Assembly: GCA_945865725.1 (NCBI GenBank)
Contig: CAMBEO010000006.1
Span: 1 to 62,175, forward strand
DNA: 62,175 bases
Direction of reading: 5' to 3'
From: Thermoflexus hugenholtzii JAD2
GTDB taxonomy: Bacteria > Chloroflexota > UBA11872 > UBA12225
Positions 18,002 to 27,585 of this stretch are shown here, piece after piece. The notes beneath the pieces were generated by a model. The model was not told where the DNA came from, did not search any database, and was given only the letters and a program-made list of their open reading frames with translations. Numbering within the stretch: position 1 is the stretch's first letter; each line of letters begins with the position of its first letter. The translations under genes were made by a program, and so were the position numbers.

Positions 18002-19140
18002 TCGGTCACGCTGCCGACGGCATGACCCCTCTCCGTGTCGATGCCGTCCCGATCAGGCCCCAGAATGGTCGCCCCTGCCAGCAGGACGTCGCCATCGTAG
18101 AGAACCAGCGCCTGCCCGCCGGTGACGGCACGTTGCGGCATGTCGAAGCGGACGCGCACCGCGTCCGGTCCGATGTCGGGCGCGGGAGCGGCGGTTGCCG
18201 GCACGGGCGCCATCCGGTGGCGGATTCGGGCCTGGCACCGGATCGGGCCATCAAGGCGAGGCAAGGCAACCAGGTTCAAGCCGTCGGCGACGAGGCCGTC
18301 GACGAGCAGGTCCCGCTCCCCTCCGACGACGACCGCGTTCCGGTCAGGGTCGATCGCGACCACGTAGAGAGGTTCCGGGGACGATATTCCCAGACCCCGC
18401 CGCTGGCCGACCGTGAAGCGCTCGATCCCGGCGTGCATCCCGCGCACGCGCCCTGAGGTGTCGATCACCGGCCCGGAGCCCCGGGTGCTCCCGCCGGCAC
18501 GGTCGATCACCTCGCCGTAGCGGGTCCCAGGCACGAAGCAGATGTCCATGCTTTCGGGCTTCTCGGCGACCGACAACCCGTAGCGCGCCGCGAGGCGTCG
18601 CGTCTCCGCCTTCGGGATGTCCCCGAGGGGGAACATGGTGCGCGACAACTCCTCCTGGGACATCGGGAAGAGCACGTACGACTGGTCCTTCCCCGCGTCG
18701 GTCGCGACCCGAAGGCGATAGCGCCCGGTCACGGGGTCGACGTCGCGGCGCACGTAGTGGCCGGTCGCGACGTGGTCGGCGCCAAGCGCGGCGGCGCGGT
18801 CGAGGACCGGGCCAAACTTGACGTGCTGGTTGCACCGGACGCACGGGTTCGGTGTGCGTCCCCGCCGGTACTCCGCCACGAAGTCGTCGATGACGCGCCG
18901 CCGGAACAGGTCACGGAAGTTGAGGACGTAGTAGGGGATCCCGAGACGAGCCGCGACGCGGCGCGCATCCTCGACGGCCGAGTTGCCGCAACACGCCTTT
19001 GAGCCCTTGGCGTCACCTTGCGGCTCTTCGGGCCACACGTTGAGCGTGACCCCGATGACCTCGTGGCCCGCCTCATGAAGGAGGGCGGCGACCACCGACG
19101 AGTCGACCCCGCCACTCATTGCCACGACGACCCGCGCCAT
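17998..19140 (-). CDS. mnmA: tRNA 2-thiouridine(34) synthase
   Basis: 'AMSGGVDSS', 'RTPNPCVRCN', 'ATGHY', 'KDQSY', 'KPESMDICF', 'TVGQRRGLG', 'GQ'. Confidence 0.97.
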   Translation of the reverse strand: MARVVVAMSGGVDSSVVAALLHEAGHEVIGVTLNVWPEEPQGDAKGSKACCGNSAVEDARRVAARLGIPYYVLNFRDLFRRRVIDDFVAEYRRGRTPNPCVRCNQHVKFGPVLDRAAALGADHVATGHYVRRDVDPVTGRYRLRVATDAGKDQSYVLFPMSQEELSRTMFPLGDIPKAETRRLAARYGLSVAEKPESMDICFVPGTRYGEVIDRAGGSTRGSGPVIDTSGRVRGMHAGIERFTVGQRRGLGISSPEPLYVVAIDPDRNAVVVGGERDLLVDGLVADGLNLVALPRLDGPIRCQARIRHRMAPVPATAAPAPDIGPDAVRVRFDMPQRAVTGGQALVLYDGDVLLAGATILGPDRDGIDTERGHAVGSVTE

Positions 19141-19321
19141 GCCTTCCGTGCCCCCGTACCGCGGTACCCGAACCCCGCCTCGATGAGAGGTCGCCCGTCC
19201 CGTAGATGGTAAACGTGCCACGCGCGACGCCGCCCAGCCGCGCGGCTGATGAAACCGCTGATCCGTCGCTTCGCGAGCGATTCCCTCCGCGTCACGACCG
19301 CCCTTGTCATGGAGAACCCGA

Positions 19322-20269
19322 ATGCCTGAGGCCGATCGCACCATCCGTGGGTCGCTCCCGCCGCTCGTTGGCGTCGCCCCCATCGCGCCGACGCCTTTCA
19401 CGGACCAGGGTGACTTGGACCTTGACGGGCTCGGACGCGTGATGGACTGCATGGTTGATCAGGCCGTCGATGCGATCTGCATCCTCGCGAACTACTCGGA
19501 GCAGTTCGCATTGACGGACGAGGAGCGCCGCGACATCCTCGACGCCTGCCTCGGACGCGTCGCGGGGCGTGTTCCAGTCATCGTGACGGTCTCGCACTTC
19601 TCGACGCGGATCGCCGCCGAACGGGCGCGCGACGCCGCTCGCGCCGGGGCGTCCATGCTCATGCTGATGCCCCCGTACCACGGGGCAACCCTTCGGGCCG
19701 ACGAGGCCCAGGTACTCGAACATTTCGCGGCGGTCGCGGATGCTTCGGGGCTGCCGTTGATGGTCCAGGATGCACCGATGGCTGGGACGCCGCTGCCGGT
19801 GTCATTCCTTCTCCGGCTCGGGTCCGTCGTGCCGCTGGTCCGTGCGTACAAGGTCGAGGTCGCAGGCGCGGCCGGGAAGCTTAGGGCGCTGGTCGAGGCT
19901 GGCGGGGAGTCGATCGTCGAGCCGTTCGACGGCGAGGAAGGCATCACGCTGCTGGCCGACCTTGACGCCGGCGCGACCGGCACGATGCCGTCAGCGATGC
20001 TTCCCGACCTGATCAGACTGGTCGTCATGGCGCACCTCGCTGGCGACCGGCGAGCGGCTGCCGACGGCTATTCCCGGATCCTGCCGCTCATCAACTACGA
20101 GAACCGACAGTGCGGCCTGCGCGCGACGAAGGCGGTCCTCATGGAGGGGGGCGTGATCGGCTCAGATCACGTGCGACACCCGCTGGTCCCGCTGCACCCG
20201 GCAACTCGCTCGGGCCTGCTCGAACTTGCACGCGAGGCGGACCCCCTCGCCCTGCGGTGGGGTCGCTAG
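19322..20269 (+). CDS. DHDPS-family protein, L-2-keto-3-deoxyarabonate dehydratase-like
   Basis: 'ILANYSEQF', 'MPPYHGAT', 'MVQDAP', 'YKVE', 'DGEEGITLLADL', 'INYENRQ', 'RHP' are characteristic of the KDA dehydratase subfamily; GGAG SD. Confidence 0.85.
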   Translation: MPEADRTIRGSLPPLVGVAPIAPTPFTDQGDLDLDGLGRVMDCMVDQAVDAICILANYSEQFALTDEERRDILDACLGRVAGRVPVIVTVSHFSTRIAAERARDAARAGASMLMLMPPYHGATLRADEAQVLEHFAAVADASGLPLMVQDAPMAGTPLPVSFLLRLGSVVPLVRAYKVEVAGAAGKLRALVEAGGESIVEPFDGEEGITLLADLDAGATGTMPSAMLPDLIRLVVMAHLAGDRRAAADGYSRILPLINYENRQCGLRATKAVLMEGGVIGSDHVRHPLVPLHPATRSGLLELAREADPLALRWGR

Positions 20270-20285
20270 AGCTGATCAGTTCGGG

Positions 20286-20981
20286 TCAGCAGGGCGGTCC
20301 GCCGACGTCACGAGCAATCGGGTCGCTCGAAACTGTTCGGGCAGGCGCGCCGTGATCGTGTGAAGCGCTAGTCCGAACTGGGGAGGCGGAAGCGGCCGGG
20401 CGCGCGTGGTCATGCCCTTGGCGATGACCACCGCCACCATGGGTATCGACACCGCGGATGATGTCGATGGCATGCGGCAGCACCTCGACGATGGTGTCGA
20501 AGTTCTCGGCGAGCGCCTTGGGGTTGCCGGGCAGGTTCACGACAAGGGTGCGACGCCGGATCCCCGCCGTCGCACGCGTGAGCATCGCGTACGGAGTGAT
20601 GCGAAGGCTGGCGAGGACCATCGCCTGAGCGATTGCCGGCACCTCGCGATCGCACGCGGCGCGCGTGGCGTCGGGAGTCACGTCACGCGGCGACAGGCCC
20701 GTACCCCCGGTTGTCAGGACCAGGTCGAGGCGGTGGTCGTCCGCCCACTCGCGGATTGCGGCCTCGATCGCGCTGCGGTCGTCAGGCACGACCCGATACT
20801 GGCGCACCACCCCGCCAAGTCGATCAAGGACAAGGTTGTGCAGGGTGGGCCCGCTGACATCCGCGCGTTCGCCCCGGGCACCGCGATCACTGCAGGTCAG
20901 GATGCCGACGGTGATCATCGTCTCCGCGGTGGACCCCGGCGCGTGCCCTTGACGGGACGATCCGCCTGTCTCGTCGCCCAT
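20286..20981 (-). CDS. Molybdopterin adenylyltransferase (MogA/MoaB family) with His-rich tail
   Basis: 'ILTCSDR', 'VVPDD', 'TTGGTGLSPRDVTPDAT', 'VNLPGNPK'; start may be 20918. Confidence 0.9.
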   Translation of the reverse strand: MGDETGGSSRQGHAPGSTAETMITVGILTCSDRGARGERADVSGPTLHNLVLDRLGGVVRQYRVVPDDRSAIEAAIREWADDHRLDLVLTTGGTGLSPRDVTPDATRAACDREVPAIAQAMVLASLRITPYAMLTRATAGIRRRTLVVNLPGNPKALAENFDTIVEVLPHAIDIIRGVDTHGGGGHRQGHDHARPAASASPVRTSASHDHGAPARTVSSDPIARDVGGPPC

Positions 20982-21142
20982 GTCGAGCAGTTCCCCCTCG
21001 CGACGCGATGGCGCCGCCCTACGCAAACGGTACACGTCGGCCGTACTGGGAGCGCCGACGTCCCGCCGGGCATCTCACCCGCAATCATCGCTTGTCGCTC
21101 ACGGTCCGGTCGGTTCGGCCCGCCTCGCCGTATCCTTCGGGC

Positions 21143-22123
21143 GTGCCCCCTCGCGTCGCCCCGGGCCACGCACCCGTGCGCATCCACCCGGGCGCGGAAC
21201 GGGAGCGACGGTGCTATGACCATCCGCATCGCGTCATCCAGACGGCGTGCGCGCGATGCCGCACGCCCTTCTGCGCGGACTGCCTGACCCCCGTGCCACC
21301 GGCACAGGCGAGCGGGACCGTCGTGTCGGGCGACCCCGCGTGCCGCCGGTGCCGGGAGGAACTCGCGCATCTCGCCGTGCGCCGGGCTTGGGACCGGCGA
21401 CCGTGGTGGCAGCGCCTGCGCCCGACTTGGCAAGACATGCGCCGGGCGGCCGTCACCTCCGCGATCATCGGCGCCATCGCGTTGCCCATCGGTGTCATCG
21501 TGCGCGAGATCGTGGCCTCGCCGATCACGCCGGAGGAGTTCGCACGCATCGCCTTCGCCTTGCGTGGTGGCTTCGGGGGGCCCGAGGGCACGAACTACCT
21601 GAACACCGTGCTCGGGGGGACTTATCTCGGCGCCTCGGCACCGTCGGCGACCGGGTACGAGCCAACGCGATTGATCGATACATGGGCGACCGCACGCGTG
21701 CCCGCGTGGCGGACCGCGTCGGCGCTGCCGATCGAACTGACGTTTGCGTTGCCGAACCAGACGGTCGCGAACCGCGCCATCCTGCGCCCCCATCCTGGCG
21801 AGGCCCGAGACACGTGGCCGCGTGCGTTCGAGGTCGCGTTCTCGACTGTCGGGCCGTCCGGTCCGTGGACGGTCGTCCTGGACACCGACCTCGATCCCGG
21901 GACCGTCGCCACCCCGACTGCTCCGGGTGGCGCCACTCCCGCCGATGACCGGTTCGTCGTGCCGTCGTTCGAGGTGCGTGAAACCCCGGTGCGCTGGGTT
22001 CGCCTGGTCATCCGGTCGAACGGCGGCAGTCGGGACTACACTTCGCTCGGGGAGTTCGAGGTGTTGTACGCGCCGAGGACCCCGTTGGGCGCTCCCCCAA
22101 GCGTCGTTCCGGGTCGTCCCTGA
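21143..22123 (+). CDS. B-box-like Zn finger, TM helix and discoidin (F5/8 type C)-like domain protein
   Basis: 'CYDHP...CARC...CADC...CRRC'; TM 'AAVTSAIIGAIALPIGVIV'; 'RLID...W', 'WPRAFEV', 'RWVRLVIRSN...SLGEFEV'; GTG lies 6 nt after TATCCT. Confidence 0.72.
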   Translation: MPPRVAPGHAPVRIHPGAERERRCYDHPHRVIQTACARCRTPFCADCLTPVPPAQASGTVVSGDPACRRCREELAHLAVRRAWDRRPWWQRLRPTWQDMRRAAVTSAIIGAIALPIGVIVREIVASPITPEEFARIAFALRGGFGGPEGTNYLNTVLGGTYLGASAPSATGYEPTRLIDTWATARVPAWRTASALPIELTFALPNQTVANRAILRPHPGEARDTWPRAFEVAFSTVGPSGPWTVVLDTDLDPGTVATPTAPGGATPADDRFVVPSFEVRETPVRWVRLVIRSNGGSRDYTSLGEFEVLYAPRTPLGAPPSVVPGRP

Positions 22124-22181
22124 GGGGCGCGCAAGGCGTGACCACAGGGCGTCCCGCGCTGGTCGGAGGGTCGCGCCACGC

Positions 22182-23177
22182 ATGTTCAAGTTCTTCCGCC
22201 GGCCGGCCTCGGATCCCGGTGCCGAAACGAGTGCAGGCGTCTCCCAGGCCGCCACGAGCGACGCGGTGCCGACCGCTTCGATCACCGGTTCGCTGGGGAA
22301 GACCCGGGGCGGGCTCTTCGGGGCGGTCCGAAACCTCTTCCGGACGGCCGGCACGCTCGACGCGGCCTTCTGGGATGAGCTTGAGGAGCGCCTGATCGCC
22401 GCGGATGTCGGCGCGCACGTCACGGCGGACCTCATCACCGAGCTGCGCGCGCGCGACGCTCGCCGGGCATTCGCGTCGGGAGAAGATGCCGAGACCGCCC
22501 TCCGCGAGCTGCTCGAGGCGATCCTGGCACGGGCGGGCGACACGGGCCTCTACCTGCCAGAGGAAGGCGTCGGGGTCGTCCTGGTGATCGGGGTCAACGG
22601 GACGGGCAAGACGACCACGGTCGCGAAGTTGACCCGCTACCTCCAGTTGGGGGGCCGGGCGCCATTCCTGATCGCCGGTGACACCTTCCGTGCGGCCGCG
22701 ATCGACCAGCTAAAAGTGTGGGGCGACCGCACGGGGGCGACCGTCTTCGCGCAGTCCCCTGGCAGCGACACGGCGGCGGTCGTGTTCGACGGCATCGGCG
22801 CGGCGATTTCACGCGGGGCGGACACCATCATCATCGACACCGCCGGACGCCTCCACACCAAGACGAACTTGATGGCGGAACTCGAGAAGGTCCGACGGGT
22901 GATCGGGCGCCGGCAGGCCGGCGCACCGCACGAGACGCTGCTCGTCCTCGACGCCGTGACTGGCCAGAATGGCTTGATCCAGGCCAAGACGTTCATGGGA
23001 TCCGTGGGGGTCACCGGTCTCGTGCTGACCAAGCTCGACAGTTCCGCCAAGGGTGGGGTCGTCTTCGCCATCGCCGAGGAACTGCGATTGCCGATCAAGC
23101 TTGTCGGGACCGGGGAACGGATCGACGACCTCCAGCCGTTTGACCCGTCGGAGTTCGTGCGCGCGTTGTTCTCGTAA
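22182..23177 (+). CDS. ftsY: Signal recognition particle receptor
   Basis: 'GVNGTGKTTT', 'DTFRAAA', 'DTAGRLH', 'LDAVTGQNG', 'TKLDSSAKGG'. Confidence 0.97.
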   Translation: MFKFFRRPASDPGAETSAGVSQAATSDAVPTASITGSLGKTRGGLFGAVRNLFRTAGTLDAAFWDELEERLIAADVGAHVTADLITELRARDARRAFASGEDAETALRELLEAILARAGDTGLYLPEEGVGVVLVIGVNGTGKTTTVAKLTRYLQLGGRAPFLIAGDTFRAAAIDQLKVWGDRTGATVFAQSPGSDTAAVVFDGIGAAISRGADTIIIDTAGRLHTKTNLMAELEKVRRVIGRRQAGAPHETLLVLDAVTGQNGLIQAKTFMGSVGVTGLVLTKLDSSAKGGVVFAIAEELRLPIKLVGTGERIDDLQPFDPSEFVRALFS

Positions 23178-23201
23178 CGGCGGGACCGGGGGGCCTAGCA
23201 G

Positions 23202-24542
23202 ATGTTCGAATCGTTGACCGACCGCCTGCAGGGCATCTTTGGCGAACTGCGCAACCATGGGCGCCTCTCGGAAGCAGATGTCGATGTCGCGCTGAAGGAA
23301 GTGCGCCTCGCGCTTCTCGAAGCGGACGTGCACTTTCGGGTCGCGCGCGATTTTGTGAAGCGCGTCCGGGATCGTGCGGTCGGCGTGGAGGTCAGCCAGA
23401 GCCTGACGCCGGCGCAGCAGGTCCTCCGCATCGTCAACGAGGAGCTTGTTGAGACCCTCGGCGGCACGGCAGGGCGACTCGACTGGACCGGCCCGGTGCC
23501 GGCGCCCATCCTCATGGTCGGCCTGAACGGCCAAGGCAAGACGACGTCGTCCGCAAAGCTGGCGGTCCGCCTCCGGAAGATGGGGCAGCGCCCGTTCATG
23601 ATCGCGTGCGACACGTTTCGGCCGGCGGCGATCCAGCAACTGGTCACCCTCGGGAAGCAGGTCGGGTGCGACGTCTACGAGGAGGGCACCGAGGCGAGCC
23701 CAGTCGAGATCGCGCGGCGCGGCCTGGAATGGGGCCGCGACCGCGGCCACACCATCGCGATCGTCGATACCGCCGGGCGCCAGCAAGTTGACGAGCGCCT
23801 CATGGACGAGCTCGTCGAGTTGCGCCAGGCGATCAACCCCACCGAGATCCTGCTCGTTGCGAGTGCGATGACCGGCCAGGAGGCGGTCAATGTCGCGCAA
23901 GCGTTTCACGCGCGGCTCGGGTTGACTGGCCTCGTCTTGACCCAGATCGACGGGGACGCGCGCGGTGGCGCGGCGCTCTCGATCCGCGCAGTGACTGGGA
24001 TCCCCGTCAAGTTCCTCGGTGTCGGGGAAAAGATCGAGGCCCTCGCCGAGTTCCACCCTGACCGCGTCGCGTCGCGGATTCTCGGCATGGGTGACATGCT
24101 GACGCTGATCGAGCAGACGCAGGAGGCGTTCGACCACGACGAGGCCACGCGCCTCCAAAAGAAGCTGCTGAAGGGGCAGTTCACGTTCGACGACTTCTTG
24201 GGGCAGATGCAGTCGGTCCGCAAGATGGGTTCGCTGCAGTCGATCCTGGAGATGATCCCGGGCCTCAACCAGTTGACGAAGCGACCGGAGATCCAGGCGG
24301 CCCTCAACGAGAAGCAGTTCCGCCGCGTCGAGGCGATCATCCAGTCGATGACGACGCAGGAGCGCGCACTGCCCCAAGTCATCGACGGGTCGCGACGCCG
24401 ACGGATCGCGGCGGGGAGCGGCACGAAGGTTCAGGACGTGAACCAGTTGCTGAACCAGTTCCGCGAGATGCAAGGCATGATGAAGCAGATGTCCAAGGGG
24501 ACGATGCCGAAGCACCTCGCGCGCCTCATGCGCCAGTCGTGA
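23202..24542 (+). CDS. ffh: Signal recognition particle protein
   Basis: 'MFESLTDRL', 'LLEADV', 'GKTT', 'DTAGR', 'DGDARGGAALS', 'RILGMGD', M-domain 'SRRRRIAAGSG'. Confidence 0.97.
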   Translation: MFESLTDRLQGIFGELRNHGRLSEADVDVALKEVRLALLEADVHFRVARDFVKRVRDRAVGVEVSQSLTPAQQVLRIVNEELVETLGGTAGRLDWTGPVPAPILMVGLNGQGKTTSSAKLAVRLRKMGQRPFMIACDTFRPAAIQQLVTLGKQVGCDVYEEGTEASPVEIARRGLEWGRDRGHTIAIVDTAGRQQVDERLMDELVELRQAINPTEILLVASAMTGQEAVNVAQAFHARLGLTGLVLTQIDGDARGGAALSIRAVTGIPVKFLGVGEKIEALAEFHPDRVASRILGMGDMLTLIEQTQEAFDHDEATRLQKKLLKGQFTFDDFLGQMQSVRKMGSLQSILEMIPGLNQLTKRPEIQAALNEKQFRRVEAIIQSMTTQERALPQVIDGSRRRRIAAGSGTKVQDVNQLLNQFREMQGMMKQMSKGTMPKHLARLMRQS

Positions 24543-24544
24543 CG

Positions 24545-25798
24545 TCAGTGGGGCACGTACCAGGTGCCCCACCACCGAATGACATACGCGTCGATCCCGA
24601 CCAGATCAAGATTTGTAGCGCCCGCGGCGATGGTGAAGCCGCCAAGGGCGACGGCGAAGCCTGCAAGCCGAGCCGAACGGACGGACCACCCTCGCCTCCG
24701 GCAAGCCTTGGCGAGGGCTTGCGCGGCCTGGTCAAGCGCGACGCCAACGCTGGCGTACACCGCCGGGAACGCGGTCATCGTGACCCACGGCACGTTGTAA
24801 ACCAGTCCTTGGGCGAAGGCCAAGATGGCCGAGCAAGCGCCAAGCGCCCGCAGGATTCGCGGGCCCCGGACCATGCCGAGTACACCGAGGACCGCGACGA
24901 TGGGGTGGTACGCCCACAAGGTGTCGATCGCCACCGACCACGCGGTCCGGCAGATCCCGACGACATGCCCGAAGGGATCGGCGACGACGGCATGCAGGTC
25001 GTCGAGGCGTCCGGAGACCACGCGGAGCGGGTCATTCATGTGCGCGGCCACGCCAAGCCCGACCGCGTCCAGCGCGGCGCGGGTTGCATATGTCGCGATC
25101 CCAAACGTCGCCAAGGCAACGGGGAGCGGGAGGCGCCATCGGCGCATCGAGGGGCGCAACGACATCGCGCCGAGGACCGGGAAGAGCACCCACTGGTAGG
25201 TGTAGGTAATGCTTGACAGAAAGGCGATCACCCCGATGCCCACACCGCGGGTGATGGTCCCCAGGTCGTGCCGGTCGAGGATCTTCCAGGCAAGCAAGAG
25301 GTAGATCGGAAGCGACAGCGAACTTGCCGCATGAAGGTTTCCTGACCCGATGTACCCAACGCCGAGGGGTCCGACAGCAGCGAGGCCCCCGGCGAGAAAG
25401 GCAGCGATGGGGGACGCGCCCGCAAGCGCCGCGAGGGTCGCGGTCGCCCACGCGCCGGCCCACCACCAAGCAACGTCCGAGAAGACCGATCCCCAATACC
25501 AACTGCCGAGGAGGTTCGTGCCCACCGCCGCCGTCCCGATCGGCAGGATCGCGCGGTAGTCGTCGGTCATGAACGACGACGTCTCGTAAATCTGACCAAT
25601 CGTCTGATTGGAAACCATCGCCCGCGTCGTACGGAACATGGTCTCGCTCTCGTACTGAACCTCCCGCGCTTCGAGAACGCGCATCTGGTTCGGCATGACG
25701 ATGCCCCGCCATGGTTCGCCCTCGATACGCGCAAACGCCATCGCTGTCACGAGGGCGAGCAGGGCAACCGGTCGTACGAGCCAACCCATCCCGGTCAT
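24545..25798 (-). CDS. Polytopic membrane protein, possible GT-C glycosyltransferase
   Basis: About 10 hydrophobic segments, acidic 'YESE' in the first large loop; ATGA overlap with upstream gene; in operon with a GT2. Confidence 0.6.
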   Translation of the reverse strand: MTGMGWLVRPVALLALVTAMAFARIEGEPWRGIVMPNQMRVLEAREVQYESETMFRTTRAMVSNQTIGQIYETSSFMTDDYRAILPIGTAAVGTNLLGSWYWGSVFSDVAWWWAGAWATATLAALAGASPIAAFLAGGLAAVGPLGVGYIGSGNLHAASSLSLPIYLLLAWKILDRHDLGTITRGVGIGVIAFLSSITYTYQWVLFPVLGAMSLRPSMRRWRLPLPVALATFGIATYATRAALDAVGLGVAAHMNDPLRVVSGRLDDLHAVVADPFGHVVGICRTAWSVAIDTLWAYHPIVAVLGVLGMVRGPRILRALGACSAILAFAQGLVYNVPWVTMTAFPAVYASVGVALDQAAQALAKACRRRGWSVRSARLAGFAVALGGFTIAAGATNLDLVGIDAYVIRWWGTWYVPH

Positions 25799-26505
25799 CC
25801 TGCCTCGAGCCAGACGATTGGCGCGCCCGGCCGCACGCGGCCGTCGGACGGATGCGAGACCCCCCGCGTCAGGCCCAGGGCGGTGCCAGTCCACGCCGCA
25901 CCGTCCTTGGCGGAGGCGCCGCGCGAAGTCCCGAAGACGGCGACGCGCAAGTCCGGGTCTGGCACCGGTTGGTGCAGGTCGACCGTGGCGGTGCGCGTTC
26001 CTCCAAGGATCACGCCGTCGAAGAACGCCTCACGGCACCCGTCAACCGTTGATCGGCCTTCCGACTCGCCCTCCTTCAGGAGGGGGCCAATCCCGGTGCC
26101 GTTCACCGTCGCGACGATGTAGGCGGCGCCCCGGTACTCCGCCGCGAGGTTGACGCGCAGACGCAACCGTCCTGACTGGCCGGCATCCGGAACCGGCACC
26201 ACACGCCGGATCACCACGTCAGGCGTTGGCAACGAGATGCCCCAGAGGCGGGTCGACGCCTGGTCGCCTCGCTCGAGGCGCGGCGGGTCTTCCCACGTTC
26301 GCATGCCGGGAAGGGATGCCGCGAGAATCGCCGCCGCCGCGATGCACCCTCGCGCGACACGTCCAAGCCCGGGCCAGGCCAGGTTTGCGGCGCCCCAGAG
26401 GCCGAGGACGCCTGCGGCGTGAATCGCCAGGAGCACGAGGCGGTGGGGCGTGACGTGATCCGCCGCGACCAGCGCCCAATCTGCTGCCAAGACCGCCGGG
26501 TCCAC
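25795..26505 (-). CDS. Hypothetical membrane-anchored protein (2 TM plus beta-rich domain)
   Basis: Two N-terminal hydrophobic helices, then beta-strand-like domain; lies between coupled genes; start uncertain. Confidence 0.6.
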   Translation of the reverse strand: MDPAVLAADWALVAADHVTPHRLVLLAIHAAGVLGLWGAANLAWPGLGRVARGCIAAAAILAASLPGMRTWEDPPRLERGDQASTRLWGISLPTPDVVIRRVVPVPDAGQSGRLRLRVNLAAEYRGAAYIVATVNGTGIGPLLKEGESEGRSTVDGCREAFFDGVILGGTRTATVDLHQPVPDPDLRVAVFGTSRGASAKDGAAWTGTALGLTRGVSHPSDGRVRPGAPIVWLEAG

Positions 26506-26518
26506 CGTGTTGCTTCGA

Positions 26519-27514
26519 TCAAGCAGGGGCGTGGTCAGGCGCCGACACCGGCAATGCGACGACGTCTTGCTCATGGATCGTGGTGATGCGGTACGGGTCC
26601 TTGCCCTGTGACTCGTGCCAGACCCGCACGATCAACTCCGCGACCAACCCGATCACCACGAACTGGACGCCGACCAGGAAGCTCATCACCGAGAGCAGGA
26701 GCAGAGGGCTCTCGATCAGCGACTTCGCGAAAACGACCTTGTCAAACACGATGTACGCAAGCGTGATTCCGCTGATCGCGACGCTCGCGAGGCCTGCTCC
26801 GCCAAGAATGTAGATCGGCTTCGATCCGAAGTCGCCAAGGAACTGCACGGTCAAGAGGTCAAGCATCACCTTGACAGTGCGGTTGATCCCGTACTTCGAG
26901 GTGCCGTGCTTGCGGGCGTGATGGCTTACCACGATCTCGGTGATCGTCCCGCCGGCTTGCTTCACCAGCGCTGGCAGGAACCGGTGCATCTCGCCGTAAA
27001 TCTGCACGTCCTTGATGAACTCCGACCGGTAAATCTTGAGCGTGCACCCGACGTCGTGCAGGGGCACTCGCGTGACGCGGGCGATGATTCGGTTTGCGAT
27101 CTCGGACGGGAGCCGCCGCGAGAGGTATGCGTCGTGCCGGTCCTTGCGCCAGCCGCTGACCAGATCGAAGCCCTCGCGGATCGTCGCGAGCAGGCGCGGG
27201 ATGTCCGCCGGGTCGTTCTGGAGGTCGGCGTCCATGAGGACGACGTAATCGCCCCGAGCGAGGTCGATCCCGGCGGCGAGGGCGGCGGACTGCCCGTAGT
27301 TCCGACGCAAGCGGACCATGCGATAGCGCGGGTCGAGGTTCCCGATCGACACCATCCGCTGCCATGATCCATCGCGCGAACCGTCATCGACGAGGATGGC
27401 CTCTGCCGGCTCACCGATCCGGTCAAGGACCGCCCGAAGCGCCGTGTCGAGGTCCTCGAGCGATCCGGCCTCGTTGTAGACCGGGATCACGACCGATAGC
27501 GCGACATTACCCAT
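26519..27514 (-). CDS. GT2 polyprenyl-phosphate glycosyltransferase (ArnC/GtrB-like)
   Basis: 'SVVIPVYNE', 'VDDGSRD', 'RNYGQSAA', 'MDADLQNDP', 'DLVSGWR', 'HRFLP', two C-terminal TMs. Confidence 0.93.
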   Translation of the reverse strand: MGNVALSVVIPVYNEAGSLEDLDTALRAVLDRIGEPAEAILVDDGSRDGSWQRMVSIGNLDPRYRMVRLRRNYGQSAALAAGIDLARGDYVVLMDADLQNDPADIPRLLATIREGFDLVSGWRKDRHDAYLSRRLPSEIANRIIARVTRVPLHDVGCTLKIYRSEFIKDVQIYGEMHRFLPALVKQAGGTITEIVVSHHARKHGTSKYGINRTVKVMLDLLTVQFLGDFGSKPIYILGGAGLASVAISGITLAYIVFDKVVFAKSLIESPLLLLSVMSFLVGVQFVVIGLVAELIVRVWHESQGKDPYRITTIHEQDVVALPVSAPDHAPA

Positions 27515-27585
27515 CTGCTCATCTCCCCGGGTGCATGCCCGGAGACCCGACCTCTCGGTGGCCAGCCGGCTCGAACGTACTGGTC

